A stretch of 47,870 nucleotides of DNA from an uncultured Lachnospiraceae bacterium (GTDB lineage: Bacteria; Bacillota; Clostridia; Oscillospirales; CAG-272), in assembly GCA_964628455.1 (NCBI GenBank), contig CAZVPD010000002.1, forward strand, positions 1 to 47,870, read 5' to 3'. The notes under the pieces are model-generated. The model searched no databases. It saw only the letters and a program-made list of their open reading frames with translations, and was not told the origin of the DNA. How positions within the stretch are numbered: position 1 is the stretch's first letter; each line of letters begins with the position of its first letter. Below, piece after piece: positions 36,976 through 46,054 of the stretch. Both the position numbers and the translations under genes were made by a program.

Positions 36976-37176
36976 ATGGAAGTAACAAAAGAAACGGTCA
37001 TCGGTGACGTGCTTGATTACGACATTGACACCGCGGAATTTTTTCTCGAAATAGGAATGCATTGTTTGGGTTGTCCCGCTTCCCGGGGTGAATCGATTGA
37101 AATGGCCTGCCAGGTCCACGGCACGGACGCCGATGAACTTGTCAGTAAAATCAATGATTTTCTGGCTTCGAAATAA
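36976..37176 (+). CDS. DUF1858 / hybrid-cluster-protein-associated redox disulfide family small protein
   Basis: ORF 36907..37176. ATG 36976 is preferred (GGAGGT RBS). 66 aa with MHCLGCP..ESIE.A...HG.D pattern. Confidence 0.65.
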   Translation: MEVTKETVIGDVLDYDIDTAEFFLEIGMHCLGCPASRGESIEMACQVHGTDADELVSKINDFLASK

Positions 37177-37183
37177 TGGGATC

Positions 37184-37207
37184 GGCGGGCATATGTCCGC
37201 CTTTTTT
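37184..37207 (+). terminator. Rho-independent terminator
   Basis: ggcggg (37184-37189) / tccgcc (37196-37201), followed by TTTTTT. Confidence 0.55.
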
Positions 37208-37230
37208 ATACATAACGGAAAACAGAGAAA

Positions 37231-37914
37231 ATGATCAGGCTGTCAGAAAGGCTTTCCGCAGTTGCTTCTTTTATCCCCCAGAACAGCATAACGGCGGATA
37301 TCGGAACCGATCACGCGTATCTGCCGATATGGCTGATTGAAAATAATATCGCGGCGTCCGTCATTTCAACCGACATTAACGAAGGACCTGTCGTCAAAGC
37401 GAAACAGAATATCGCCGGCTGCGGCCTTTCGGAGAAAATAAAAGTTATAAAAAACGACGGGCTCAACGGCATCGAAAAATATCATCCCGACGTTGTTGTC
37501 ATTGCGGGAATGGGCGGAGAATCAATCCGGGATATTCTAAAAGAAGCATCTTTTTTCATGCATATGCAGAAAAAAATACGGCTTGTTTTGCAGCCTATGA
37601 CACGCGCTCCTCTGCTGAGGCGTTTTTTATATGATAACGGGTTTGATATAACCGGTGAAAAAATTGCTTTCGACGACAGGATTTACGAAATTATATGCGC
37701 GGAATATGACGGTAAAAAACATATTTACAATGACGCGGATCTTCTTTTGGGAAAGAAGAACATCGAAGAACGCGGTCCGTTATTCGGCAGGCTAATACAG
37801 AGAAAACTCCTTGCTCTTGATATTAAAATAAAAGGATGTCGGAAGGCATCCCTTGATGTATCCGCCGATACGGTTCTCCGTACCGAATTGATTAGATTGA
37901 AAGAATCCATATGA
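37231..37914 (+). CDS. trmK: tRNA (adenine22-N1)-methyltransferase TrmK
   Basis: 227 aa. ADIGTDHAYLPIWL and VIAGMGG blocks. ATGA overlap with the downstream nif3 gene, the usual pairing. Confidence 0.85.
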   Translation: MIRLSERLSAVASFIPQNSITADIGTDHAYLPIWLIENNIAASVISTDINEGPVVKAKQNIAGCGLSEKIKVIKNDGLNGIEKYHPDVVVIAGMGGESIRDILKEASFFMHMQKKIRLVLQPMTRAPLLRRFLYDNGFDITGEKIAFDDRIYEIICAEYDGKKHIYNDADLLLGKKNIEERGPLFGRLIQRKLLALDIKIKGCRKASLDVSADTVLRTELIRLKESI

Positions 37915-38654
37915 ATGCTGTCGAATTATACCGGACTTTAAACGATGCGATACCTGCTTCGTTATCACTTGAATGGGACAATGACGGACTTATGTGCTGT
38001 CCGGATAAAGAACGTGAAATAAACGCTGTCCTGTGCGTTCTGGATGTGACAAATGATGCCGTCAGTTATGCGGTCGAAAATAAATTCGATGTGATCCTAT
38101 CGCATCATCCGCTGATATTTCATCCGGTAAAATCACTTTTATCGCCGAAGTTCATCCGTTTGATCAGAAGCGGAATATCCGTCATGAGTTTTCACACAAG
38201 AGCCGATAGAATAAACGGAGGTATCAACGATCTGCTGGCGATAAAAATCGGTCTTGAAGGAATCGGCTCTTTTGCCGCAGGAGCAGGAAGAATCGGCTTG
38301 CTGAAAGAACCCGTGCTGTTTGATGCATTCGGTAGGCATCTGAAAAACATCCTCGGGACCGAAATACTATGCGGAATGAATGCCTGCCGTTATGTATATA
38401 AAGCCGCTGTGGTCAGCGGTTCGGGTTCCGATTTTATCGGAGAAGCTGTTTCTCTCGGAGCGGATACGTTTATCACCGGCGAGTGCGGATACCACAGTTT
38501 ACTCGACGCGGGAGAAACCGGTATCAATGTGTTTGCGGCAGGTCATTTTTTTACCGAAAGACATGCGGCGCGATATTTTATGGATTTATGTATAAATAAG
38601 TATTTCGGACTCAAAGTCGAACTTTTTGAAAAAAACCAACTGATAACGATTTGA
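37911..38654 (+). CDS. Nif3-like dinuclear metal center protein
   Basis: 247 aa. ILSHHPLIF and AAGHFFTE(R)H blocks. Confidence 0.85.
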   Translation: MNAVELYRTLNDAIPASLSLEWDNDGLMCCPDKEREINAVLCVLDVTNDAVSYAVENKFDVILSHHPLIFHPVKSLLSPKFIRLIRSGISVMSFHTRADRINGGINDLLAIKIGLEGIGSFAAGAGRIGLLKEPVLFDAFGRHLKNILGTEILCGMNACRYVYKAAVVSGSGSDFIGEAVSLGADTFITGECGYHSLLDAGETGINVFAAGHFFTERHAARYFMDLCINKYFGLKVELFEKNQLITI

Positions 38655-38726
38655 TTCCGGGTATATCATTTATACGGTACCGATGTTTTTACCCGTTATA
38701 AAATCCTAAATATTTGGAGCAGGAAT

Positions 38727-40481
38727 ATGCGAAAAACAAAAATCATATGCACACTCGGTCCGGCGTCCGATACCGAGGATGTGATACGCGAAATGATTCT
38801 TGCCGGTATGGACGTTGCCCGTATAAATTTTTCTCACGGTGAATACGAAGGACACAGACATAAAGCGGATATCGTTAAAAAGCTGCGGGCGGAAACGGGA
38901 AGACATACGGCTTTGCTTCTTGATACCAAAGGCCCGGAAATTCGCATTAAGAAATTTAAAAACGGCAGGATTACCCTTACCGCAGGTCAGGTATTCACCC
39001 TTTATCTACACGATACCGAGGGAGACGAATCCGGGGTGTCTGTAACATACGGCGATCTGTACCGTGATATTGCCGCAGGCGGCAGGATATTGATCGATGA
39101 CGGTCTGATCGAATTGCGGGTTGACAGCTTCGACTCTGATGCCGTTAAATGCACTGTGGTGAACGGCGGTATCATATCGGACCGCAAGGGAGTGAATATA
39201 CCGGGCGTTCGTCTGTCGATACCTTTTTTAAGTGGTCGTGACAAAGAAGACCTGGCATTCGGCGTACTCGAAGATTTCGATTTTGTAGCTGCTTCATTTA
39301 CACAAAGCGCTGCAAACATAAAAGAAATACGGCGTGAACTGGAAAATCTCGGCTGTGAAAATATGCGGATCATCGCGAAAATAGAAAATGCAGCCGGTGT
39401 TTCCAACATTGAGGAGATCCTTGATGCTTCCGACGGAATCATGGTTGCGCGCGGAGACATGGGAGTCGAAATCAGACTGGAAGAAATCCCGGTCATTCAG
39501 AAGCAGCTTATAACACGATGCTATAATCAGGGTAAGCAGGTCATTACAGCCACTCAGATGCTTGAGAGCATGACCCGTCAGCCCAGGCCTACACGCGCGG
39601 AAGTTACGGATGTAGCCAATGCCATTTATGACGGAACCAGCGCTATTATGCTGTCCGGTGAGACGGCAGCCGGACTCTATCCCGTGGAAGCGGTCAAGAC
39701 GATGGCCCGAATTGCCGAACGTACCGAAAAAGATATCAACTATGCCAAGCGTTTTTCCGAAATCCGTACCGGCGATTTTTCCAATGTTACCACAGCCATA
39801 TCGCATGCCACATGTACCACTGCCAACGACCTTAAGGCATCCTCGATTATTACAGTGACGAAGTCCGGACGAACGGCGCGAATGCTCAGCCGTTACCGGC
39901 CGGAAACACCCATTGTCGGATGTTCTCCCGACTGCAAAACATGCCGTCATCTCAATATGTCCTGGGGTGTGACTCCGCTGCTGATCGACGTTAAAGAAAA
40001 CACGGATGAACTGCTTCAGCATGCGATTGACAGGGTATATGAACAGAAACTGATCCAATACGGTGATATTGTTGTAATAACGGGAGGTTTCCCCCTTGGT
40101 ATTTCGGGAACGACCAATATGCTGAAAGTTCAGATCGTGGGTAATGTGCTTGTTTCGGGGATAGGGGTCGTCAAGTCTTCCGTCTGTGCTACATTGTGTG
40201 TCTGCGGGAGCGAAGAGCAAGCCGCCTCTGCTTTCAACGACGATGAAATTCTGGTCATCCCGTCCGTTACGGTAAAATCTTTACCCGTGCTGCGAAGAGC
40301 GGCAGGTGTTATCTGCGAATCGGGAGACGCGGATTCCTATGCCGCAATAGTCGGCGAAATCTTAAATATTCCTGTTATCGTAGGAGCCGGCGGAGCGACC
40401 AAAGTTCTACACAGCGGAATATCGGTGACGCTTGACGGAGAAAAAGGCCTTGTTTTCAGCGGAAATTTCTGCAGAAATTAA
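38727..40481 (+). CDS. pyk: Pyruvate kinase with C-terminal PEP-utilizer-like domain
   Basis: 584 aa. MRKTKIICTLGPAS, MVARGDMGVEI. The C-terminal ~85 aa resembles the PEP-utilizing mobile domain (..IPVIVG..). Confidence 0.95.
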   Translation: MRKTKIICTLGPASDTEDVIREMILAGMDVARINFSHGEYEGHRHKADIVKKLRAETGRHTALLLDTKGPEIRIKKFKNGRITLTAGQVFTLYLHDTEGDESGVSVTYGDLYRDIAAGGRILIDDGLIELRVDSFDSDAVKCTVVNGGIISDRKGVNIPGVRLSIPFLSGRDKEDLAFGVLEDFDFVAASFTQSAANIKEIRRELENLGCENMRIIAKIENAAGVSNIEEILDASDGIMVARGDMGVEIRLEEIPVIQKQLITRCYNQGKQVITATQMLESMTRQPRPTRAEVTDVANAIYDGTSAIMLSGETAAGLYPVEAVKTMARIAERTEKDINYAKRFSEIRTGDFSNVTTAISHATCTTANDLKASSIITVTKSGRTARMLSRYRPETPIVGCSPDCKTCRHLNMSWGVTPLLIDVKENTDELLQHAIDRVYEQKLIQYGDIVVITGGFPLGISGTTNMLKVQIVGNVLVSGIGVVKSSVCATLCVCGSEEQAASAFNDDEILVIPSVTVKSLPVLRRAAGVICESGDADSYAAIVGEILNIPVIVGAGGATKVLHSGISVTLDGEKGLVFSGNFCRN

Positions 40482-40526
40482 AATAAAAATATTGCCGAAG
40501 CAGAATACGGAGAAGTCAATAAATAT

Positions 40527-41633
40527 ATGATAGTAAAACTTGAAGAGGCGAGATATGCGCTTCAGGCTATACGCAGTGAAGTTACGGACCTGGGGTCGGC
40601 TCTGAAAGTCAATGATCTGAAAAACCGGATCGAAGAACTGGAAATGCAGACGACCGTCGAGAATTTCTGGGAAAATCAAAGTGAATCAAGCAGGATATTG
40701 AAAACAGTAAAAGTATTGAAAAATAAACTCGAAGCTTATGAAAATTTAGTCAGACGACTCGATGACACCGAAATGCTTGCCGATATGGCCATCGAGGAGA
40801 ATGATGAGAGCGTTTCCGATGAAATTATCAGGGATGTCAGTGAAATAAAAGCGGAAGAAAAACGGCAGCGGATCGAAGTCCTTCTTTCCGGCGAATATGA
40901 TTCAAACAACGCAATACTGGCGTTTCACCCCGGTGCAGGCGGTACGGAAGCACAGGACTGGGCTCTTATGCTCTACCGCATGTATGTCCGGTGGGGTGAA
41001 AAACACGGTTATAAAGTAAAGCTTCTCGACTGGCTGGACGGTGAGGAAGCGGGTCTGAAAAGCGCGACGATTTTAGTCGAAGGCATGAACGCTTACGGAT
41101 ATTTGAAAAGCGAAAACGGTGTTCACCGGCTGGTACGCGTTTCTCCTTTTGACGCTTCGGGCCGGCGGCACACGTCCTTTGCTTCGGTTGAGGTAATGCC
41201 CGAATTCGATGATGTTGACGGTAAGATCGAACTTCGCGACGAAGACCTGGAAATCACCGCCCACCGGGCAAGCGGTGCCGGCGGACAGCACATCAATAAA
41301 ACAGATTCCGCGATCAGAATTGTCCATATACCGACCGGTATTGTCGTCGGATGTCAGACAGAACGAAGTCAGCTTCAAAACAAGGAAACAGCATTAAAAA
41401 TGTTGAAATCAAAGCTTCTGGAAATTAAGCAGCGTGAAAATCTGGATAAAATCGATGACATTAAAGGAATAAAAACGAATATCGAATGGGGAGCTCAGAT
41501 ACGGTCATATGTTTTTATGCCTTACACATTGGTTAAAGATACCCGTACAGGCTGGGAAGACGGCGATGTTTCGGCGGTTATGGACGGAGAGATCGATGAA
41601 TTTATCAATGCATATTTAAAAGCCAACACCTAA
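40527..41633 (+). CDS. prfB: Peptide chain release factor 2 (single uninterrupted frame)
   Basis: 368 aa. SPF tripeptide (RVSPFD) and GGQ (SGAGGQHINK). Confidence 0.93.
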   Translation: MIVKLEEARYALQAIRSEVTDLGSALKVNDLKNRIEELEMQTTVENFWENQSESSRILKTVKVLKNKLEAYENLVRRLDDTEMLADMAIEENDESVSDEIIRDVSEIKAEEKRQRIEVLLSGEYDSNNAILAFHPGAGGTEAQDWALMLYRMYVRWGEKHGYKVKLLDWLDGEEAGLKSATILVEGMNAYGYLKSENGVHRLVRVSPFDASGRRHTSFASVEVMPEFDDVDGKIELRDEDLEITAHRASGAGGQHINKTDSAIRIVHIPTGIVVGCQTERSQLQNKETALKMLKSKLLEIKQRENLDKIDDIKGIKTNIEWGAQIRSYVFMPYTLVKDTRTGWEDGDVSAVMDGEIDEFINAYLKANT

Positions 41634-41660
41634 TTTTTAAAACCCGAAAGGAACCTGATT

Positions 41661-42014
41661 ATGTTGATGATTTTCAAGAAGTCGAAGCTTTATATCGGCA
41701 TTACGCTTGTCATTCAGGCGATATCTTTCGTTTCTCTTTTTTTCATGCTGTATTCGAAAAAACGCAGCTTTGCGAATGCTTTTCTGATACTGGGAATCAT
41801 CGGCGGTGCCGTGGGCGCTTATCTTCTTTATATGCAGAAAACAGAAGATGACCTTGAATTTGAAGATGATTTCGGTGAATTTCTCAGGCGGAAATATGAT
41901 GCCAACGAATGTTTCGAAGATGCCGACTTTGATACGGTTGACAAGCCGGAAGATGATTTCGGTGAAATCGTCATACCTGTCGATGATTCCGTAGACGAAA
42001 CGGAATTCAGCTGA
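41661..42014 (+). CDS. Small membrane protein with acidic C-terminal tail, function unknown
   Basis: 117 aa. Two hydrophobic helices, then a D/E-rich tail carrying two EDDFGE motifs. Confidence 0.55.
   Translation: MLMIFKKSKLYIGITLVIQAISFVSLFFMLYSKKRSFANAFLILGIIGGAVGAYLLYMQKTEDDLEFEDDFGEFLRRKYDANECFEDADFDTVDKPEDDFGEIVIPVDDSVDETEFS
41862..41966 (+). repeat. 18-nt perfect direct repeat inside the small membrane protein gene
   Basis: gaagatgatttcggtgaa occurs at 41862-41879 and 41949-41966, spaced 87 nt (29 codons) apart and in frame. Confidence 0.9.
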
Positions 42015-42019
42015 AATTA

Positions 42020-42050
42020 AATCGCCGTATCTGATTGATGCGGCGTTTTA
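42020..42050 (+). terminator. Candidate rho-independent terminator
   Basis: cgccg (42023-42027) / cggcg (42041-42045) with flanking at/at pairs, followed by TTTTA. Confidence 0.45.
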
Positions 42051-42070
42051 CGTAAAAAGAAAAAATAATA

Positions 42071-42099
42071 TTGACAGATATCGATTTATATATTATAAT
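42071..42099 (+). promoter_or_regulatory. Consensus sigma-A promoter of the NDH-2/prenyl/lipoprotein operon
   Basis: TTGACA (42071-42076), a 17-nt spacer, then TATAAT (42094-42099). Confidence 0.7.
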
Positions 42100-42181
42100 T
42101 TATTAATGATTTTATTGATCGCGGAAAATATCTTAATATATTACGTTTATTGCTTCTTGTAAATGTAAAAAGAGGAATATT

Positions 42182-44143
42182 ATGCAGAAAAACATTGTGG
42201 TTATCGGCGCGGGGTATGCCGGTGTATTGACGGCAAAAAAGCTGGCGGGTAAATTAAAAAAGAATTCGGATGTAAACATAACGATTATTGACAAAAATCC
42301 TTTTCATACCATGCTGACCGAACTGCATGAAGTCGCTGCTAACCGGGTTGATGAAGACAGCGTTAAACTCAGTCTTAAAAAAATATTTGCCGGCAGAAAT
42401 GTCGGTGTTAAGCTCGATACGGTCGTTTCCGTGGATTTTATCGGTAAGACAGTTATCGGCACCTGCGATAAATACGCTTATGATATTCTGGTCATGGCTG
42501 CCGGTTCACGGCCTACTTTTTTCGGTGTTCCGGGTGCGGATGAATACTCCTTTAAATTGTGGTCCTATGAAGATGCGGTCCTTTTAAAAAACCATATACA
42601 GAATTGTTTCAGAAAAGCCGCGGTGGAAACGGATATCGGCGCTAAAAAGAAGCTCCTTAGTTTTTTTGTGGTGGGAGCGGGATTTACCGGTACGGAGATG
42701 GCGGGGGAGCTGGCTGAATACGTTCCTATATTATGCGAAAGTTTCGAGATCGACCGGTCGATGGTACAAATCCGTTGTATCGATATCCTTCAGCGTGTGG
42801 TTCCCGCGCTTACGGAAAAACTTTCTGCAAAAGTCGAAAAAAGACTGAAAAAAACAGGGGTGGAATTATCCCTTAATACCGGCGTCGTCCGGATAGACAA
42901 AGATTATATCGAATTAAAAACGAATGATGTCACAACAAAAATGGAGTGCGGCACGGTCATCTGGGCGGCAGGGATCGAGAGCGCGCAAATCACCTGTCAG
43001 GCTTCCCTGGAGTTGCCGTCATCCAGAAGAAACAGACTTGATACCGATCAGTATCTGCGTTCGACAGGTGACAGCAGCGTTTTTGTAGTCGGTGATAATT
43101 TATGTTATACTCCGGAGGGTGAGAAAAATCCCGTTCCCCAGCTGGTTGAAAACTGCGAACAAAGTGCTGCCGTGGCTGCACACAACATCGCATGCGTTAT
43201 AAGCGATAAAACAGATTGCATGAAAGCATACAAACCGAGTTTTCACGGTGTTATGGTAAGTGTCGGAGGACGATACGGAACCGCTTTGGTCGGTATGCCG
43301 AATAAAATGTTCAGTCTGCCTTCGTTTTTAGCGATGTTCGTGAAGCATTTTATAAATATTATTTACTATATACAGGTACTCGGCTGGAATAAAACATTCA
43401 GCTATCTGAGGCACGAGTTTTTCACGATCAGACACAACCGCAGTTTTGTAGGCGGTCATCTTTCAAATAAAACGCCCAGTTTTCTGCTGATTTTCTTAAG
43501 GCTGTGGCTCGGAGCGGTCTGGCTTTTTGAAGGCGTTGTTAAGGTCGCTCAGGGATGGTTTACATCGCCGATGCTTACGGGTTTCTTCGGAGGATCAAAC
43601 GATTATTACAATTCGATTATAAACGGGGTGACAGCTGCCGCAGACGCGTCAAGCTCCGCTACTCCCGCTGCCGAAAGCGCGGTGACCTCGGTCGTTAAAG
43701 CGTTGATCAACTTTGATTTTCTGGGTTTAATTCGTTTTATACTGGTCGGCCCGAATGATATTGCCGTTGCAAAAATCGGAGATTTCGCATTTAAACTGGA
43801 TATTCCCCTTATGAACTGGTTTATCAGTGAAATTATACTGCCTAATAATATTATTCAGCTGGCGATGCAGATCTTTATTGTTGCAGCTGAAATTCTGATC
43901 GGCCTTTCCCTGATCGGCGGATTATTCACAACTCCGTCCGCTGCTTTGTCGCTTGTCCTGCAGGTGATGTTTGTTTGTACTACCGGTCTTTATCTGAATT
44001 CATTCTGGATGATTTTCGCCGCTGTTGCCCTTCTGATCGCTTCGGGCAGAATCCTCGGTCTCGATTATTATGTGATGCCTTATCTGAAAAAACAGTGGAA
44101 AAAAATACCGTTTGTAAAGAAGCTATATATCTACAATGATTAA
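42182..44143 (+). CDS. Type II NADH dehydrogenase (NDH-2) fused to a C-terminal polytopic DoxX/DoxD-like membrane domain
   Basis: 653 aa. IVVIGAGYAG and FVVGAGFTGTEMAGE dinucleotide folds, plus VFVVGDN. From about residue 400 there are several hydrophobic helices (LLIFLRLWLGAVWLFEGVVKV ...). Confidence 0.8.
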   Translation: MQKNIVVIGAGYAGVLTAKKLAGKLKKNSDVNITIIDKNPFHTMLTELHEVAANRVDEDSVKLSLKKIFAGRNVGVKLDTVVSVDFIGKTVIGTCDKYAYDILVMAAGSRPTFFGVPGADEYSFKLWSYEDAVLLKNHIQNCFRKAAVETDIGAKKKLLSFFVVGAGFTGTEMAGELAEYVPILCESFEIDRSMVQIRCIDILQRVVPALTEKLSAKVEKRLKKTGVELSLNTGVVRIDKDYIELKTNDVTTKMECGTVIWAAGIESAQITCQASLELPSSRRNRLDTDQYLRSTGDSSVFVVGDNLCYTPEGEKNPVPQLVENCEQSAAVAAHNIACVISDKTDCMKAYKPSFHGVMVSVGGRYGTALVGMPNKMFSLPSFLAMFVKHFINIIYYIQVLGWNKTFSYLRHEFFTIRHNRSFVGGHLSNKTPSFLLIFLRLWLGAVWLFEGVVKVAQGWFTSPMLTGFFGGSNDYYNSIINGVTAAADASSSATPAAESAVTSVVKALINFDFLGLIRFILVGPNDIAVAKIGDFAFKLDIPLMNWFISEIILPNNIIQLAMQIFIVAAEILIGLSLIGGLFTTPSAALSLVLQVMFVCTTGLYLNSFWMIFAAVALLIASGRILGLDYYVMPYLKKQWKKIPFVKKLYIYND

Positions 44144-45146
44144 TGAAAAAACAGCGTATGAAAATTCCGGTCGTTTTCTGACGTTTGAAGAGGCTAAAAT
44201 CCGGGTTGAATCCGAACTGACGGGAATACTTCTGTCGGCGCCGGATATTATCAGAATTTATACGGAGCATCTGACATTATCGAGAGGTAAATCCATACGC
44301 GCGGCGTCCTGTCTTGCCTGCGCGGAAAACAACGGGAAAGAAATTCATTCTGATGCGGTCAAGATCGCAGCCGCAATAGAATTGCTTCATCTTGCCTCTC
44401 TGGTTCATGACGATGTCATCGACAATGCGGCAACGCGCAGAGGAATCATAACCCTGCAGAAAAAATTCGGTAAAAGGACGGCTGTGATTTGCGGAGATTA
44501 CCTTCTTAGTCTTTGTTTAAAAATCGCCGGTTCTGTTTCCCGCGGAAAAGAGTTTGATAAAATCGATTTTCCGGATTATATAAGCCGGATATGTATCGGA
44601 GAACTGCAGCAGACTGTAAACAACCGGAACTATGATTTATCTTTTTATAATTATTTAAAAATCATATCCGGCAAAACGGCTTCTTTGTTTGAGGCAAGCT
44701 GCAGATCCGGCGCAGAAATATGCGATGATGTCCATAAAGATGAGATACGGCTTTACGCACAATTTGGTCGTTATATCGGACTGATATTTCAGCTGACCGA
44801 CGATTGTATCGATTATAGATCGACCGGCAGACTGGCAAAAAAACCCGTCCTCTCGGATTATAAACAGGGTGTGGTTACATTGCCTCTCATTTATACATTC
44901 GAAAAAAATAAAGAAATAAAAAACAAAGCGAAAACCGGCAAAGCATCCGTATCGGATATCAGTCTGGCGGTAAATAATGCGGAAGGAATTGCTTTTACCC
45001 GCATGATTTCAAAAAAGTATTACGATAAAGCGCTGTCTGTACTAAACCGCATCAGTGCGGGTTCCGAAAAAAAGGAGAAGTTGTATGCCTTATTGGACAG
45101 GGCATATAATTCGGAGATCCTTGGGCAGAATAATTCCGGGAGGTAA
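44136..45146 (+). CDS. Polyprenyl diphosphate synthase (trans-IPPS; DmkB/HepT-like)
   Basis: 336 aa. First Asp-rich motif LVHDDVIDN and second FQLTDDCIDY. 8-nt overlap with the NDH-2 stop. Confidence 0.85.
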   Translation: MINEKTAYENSGRFLTFEEAKIRVESELTGILLSAPDIIRIYTEHLTLSRGKSIRAASCLACAENNGKEIHSDAVKIAAAIELLHLASLVHDDVIDNAATRRGIITLQKKFGKRTAVICGDYLLSLCLKIAGSVSRGKEFDKIDFPDYISRICIGELQQTVNNRNYDLSFYNYLKIISGKTASLFEASCRSGAEICDDVHKDEIRLYAQFGRYIGLIFQLTDDCIDYRSTGRLAKKPVLSDYKQGVVTLPLIYTFEKNKEIKNKAKTGKASVSDISLAVNNAEGIAFTRMISKKYYDKALSVLNRISAGSEKKEKLYALLDRAYNSEILGQNNSGR

Positions 45147-45148
45147 TC

Positions 45149-46054
45149 TTGTTCAAACGCTATTTAAGCTATATCGAGGTATCAACCAAGATTACCAGCC
45201 TTTATGCTTTTTTAATGACGGTTTCATACTTGTTTTCGATCGGTCAGAAACCTGATCTCTTTAAATCTCTTGTGTTTTTTTTGTCGATGCTTCTTTTCGA
45301 TATGACCGCGACGGCGATAAACAATTACGAAGATACAAAAAACAACCGTCAGGAACTGCAGTTCAATCGTAAAACGGCCTTGAAGATCATTATTATTCAG
45401 CTTGCAGTCAGTTCGGGGCTTGGAATTTATCTTGCTTTAATAACCGATGCTGTCGTTCTGCTTCTCGGCATGCTGTGTTTCTTATTCGGAATCATCTATT
45501 CTTTTGGTCCCGTATCCATTTCCAGATTACCGCTCGGAGAATTCTTTTCCGGCTTGTTTTACGGATTGATGATCCCTTTCATACTATTGTATATCAATAT
45601 GCCCGAAGGTACATATCTGACTTATTCCGCAGATACGGTATCTGTTGATTTCTCTTTTAAAATAATACCTATCATACAAGTATTACTGCTTTCGATTGTT
45701 CCGTTTTGTGCGACGGCCGGCATCATGCTGGCAAATAATATATGTGATCTGCAGAAAGACACTGCCGTTAAAAGATTTACCCTGCCGTATTATATCGGGA
45801 CAAAAGCATCGTTGTATTTGTTCGCCGGTTTATATTATCTTATATATCTTGCGCTTATAATAATGGTTATCTTCGGCATGCTGCCGCCGATATGCCTGAT
45901 TTCGCTTTTTACTTTTATCCCGATACAGAAAAACATTGCAAAATTTCATGGCAAACAGGAAAAAGCGGTTACGTTTGTGCTTTCGGTCAAAAATTACCTG
46001 ATAATTATGACTTCTGTTACCGTTTTAATTTTTATAAGCGGATTATTCACATGA
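45149..46054 (+). CDS. UbiA-family aromatic prenyltransferase (MenA/DmkA-like)
   Basis: 301 aa, polytopic. TTG start 5 nt after a GGGAGG RBS. Motifs INNYEDTKNN and NNICDLQKD, resembling the MenA N-x-Y-x-D and NN-x-x-D-x-x-x-D blocks. Confidence 0.75.
   Translation: MFKRYLSYIEVSTKITSLYAFLMTVSYLFSIGQKPDLFKSLVFFLSMLLFDMTATAINNYEDTKNNRQELQFNRKTALKIIIIQLAVSSGLGIYLALITDAVVLLLGMLCFLFGIIYSFGPVSISRLPLGEFFSGLFYGLMIPFILLYINMPEGTYLTYSADTVSVDFSFKIIPIIQVLLLSIVPFCATAGIMLANNICDLQKDTAVKRFTLPYYIGTKASLYLFAGLYYLIYLALIIMVIFGMLPPICLISLFTFIPIQKNIAKFHGKQEKAVTFVLSVKNYLIIMTSVTVLIFISGLFT

Noticed and set aside
39294-40220. Long antisense ORFs inside real genes (308 aa in pyk; also 3643..4395, 23844..24419, 28275..28826, 34347..34916, 32619..33146)
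   Set aside because: Each lies entirely within, and opposite to, a gene with strong family motifs. Their translations are Arg/Ser/Gly/Cys-rich low-complexity sequence, typical of shadow frames.
40527-41633. Programmed +1 frameshift expected in prfB (RF2)
   Set aside because: The 368-aa ORF is continuous from its N-terminus (MIVKLEEARYALQAIRSEVTDLGSALKVNDL..) through the SPF and GGQ motifs. The CTCTGA at about 40591 is out of frame. This RF2 belongs to the minority without the autoregulatory frameshift.
45290-45340. Apparently degenerate first Asp-rich motif of the UbiA prenyltransferase (NNYEDTKNN)
   Set aside because: MenA-type enzymes naturally vary at these positions (N-x-Y-x-D core retained) and the second motif NNICDLQKD is intact. 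This is not enough to call the enzyme inactive.
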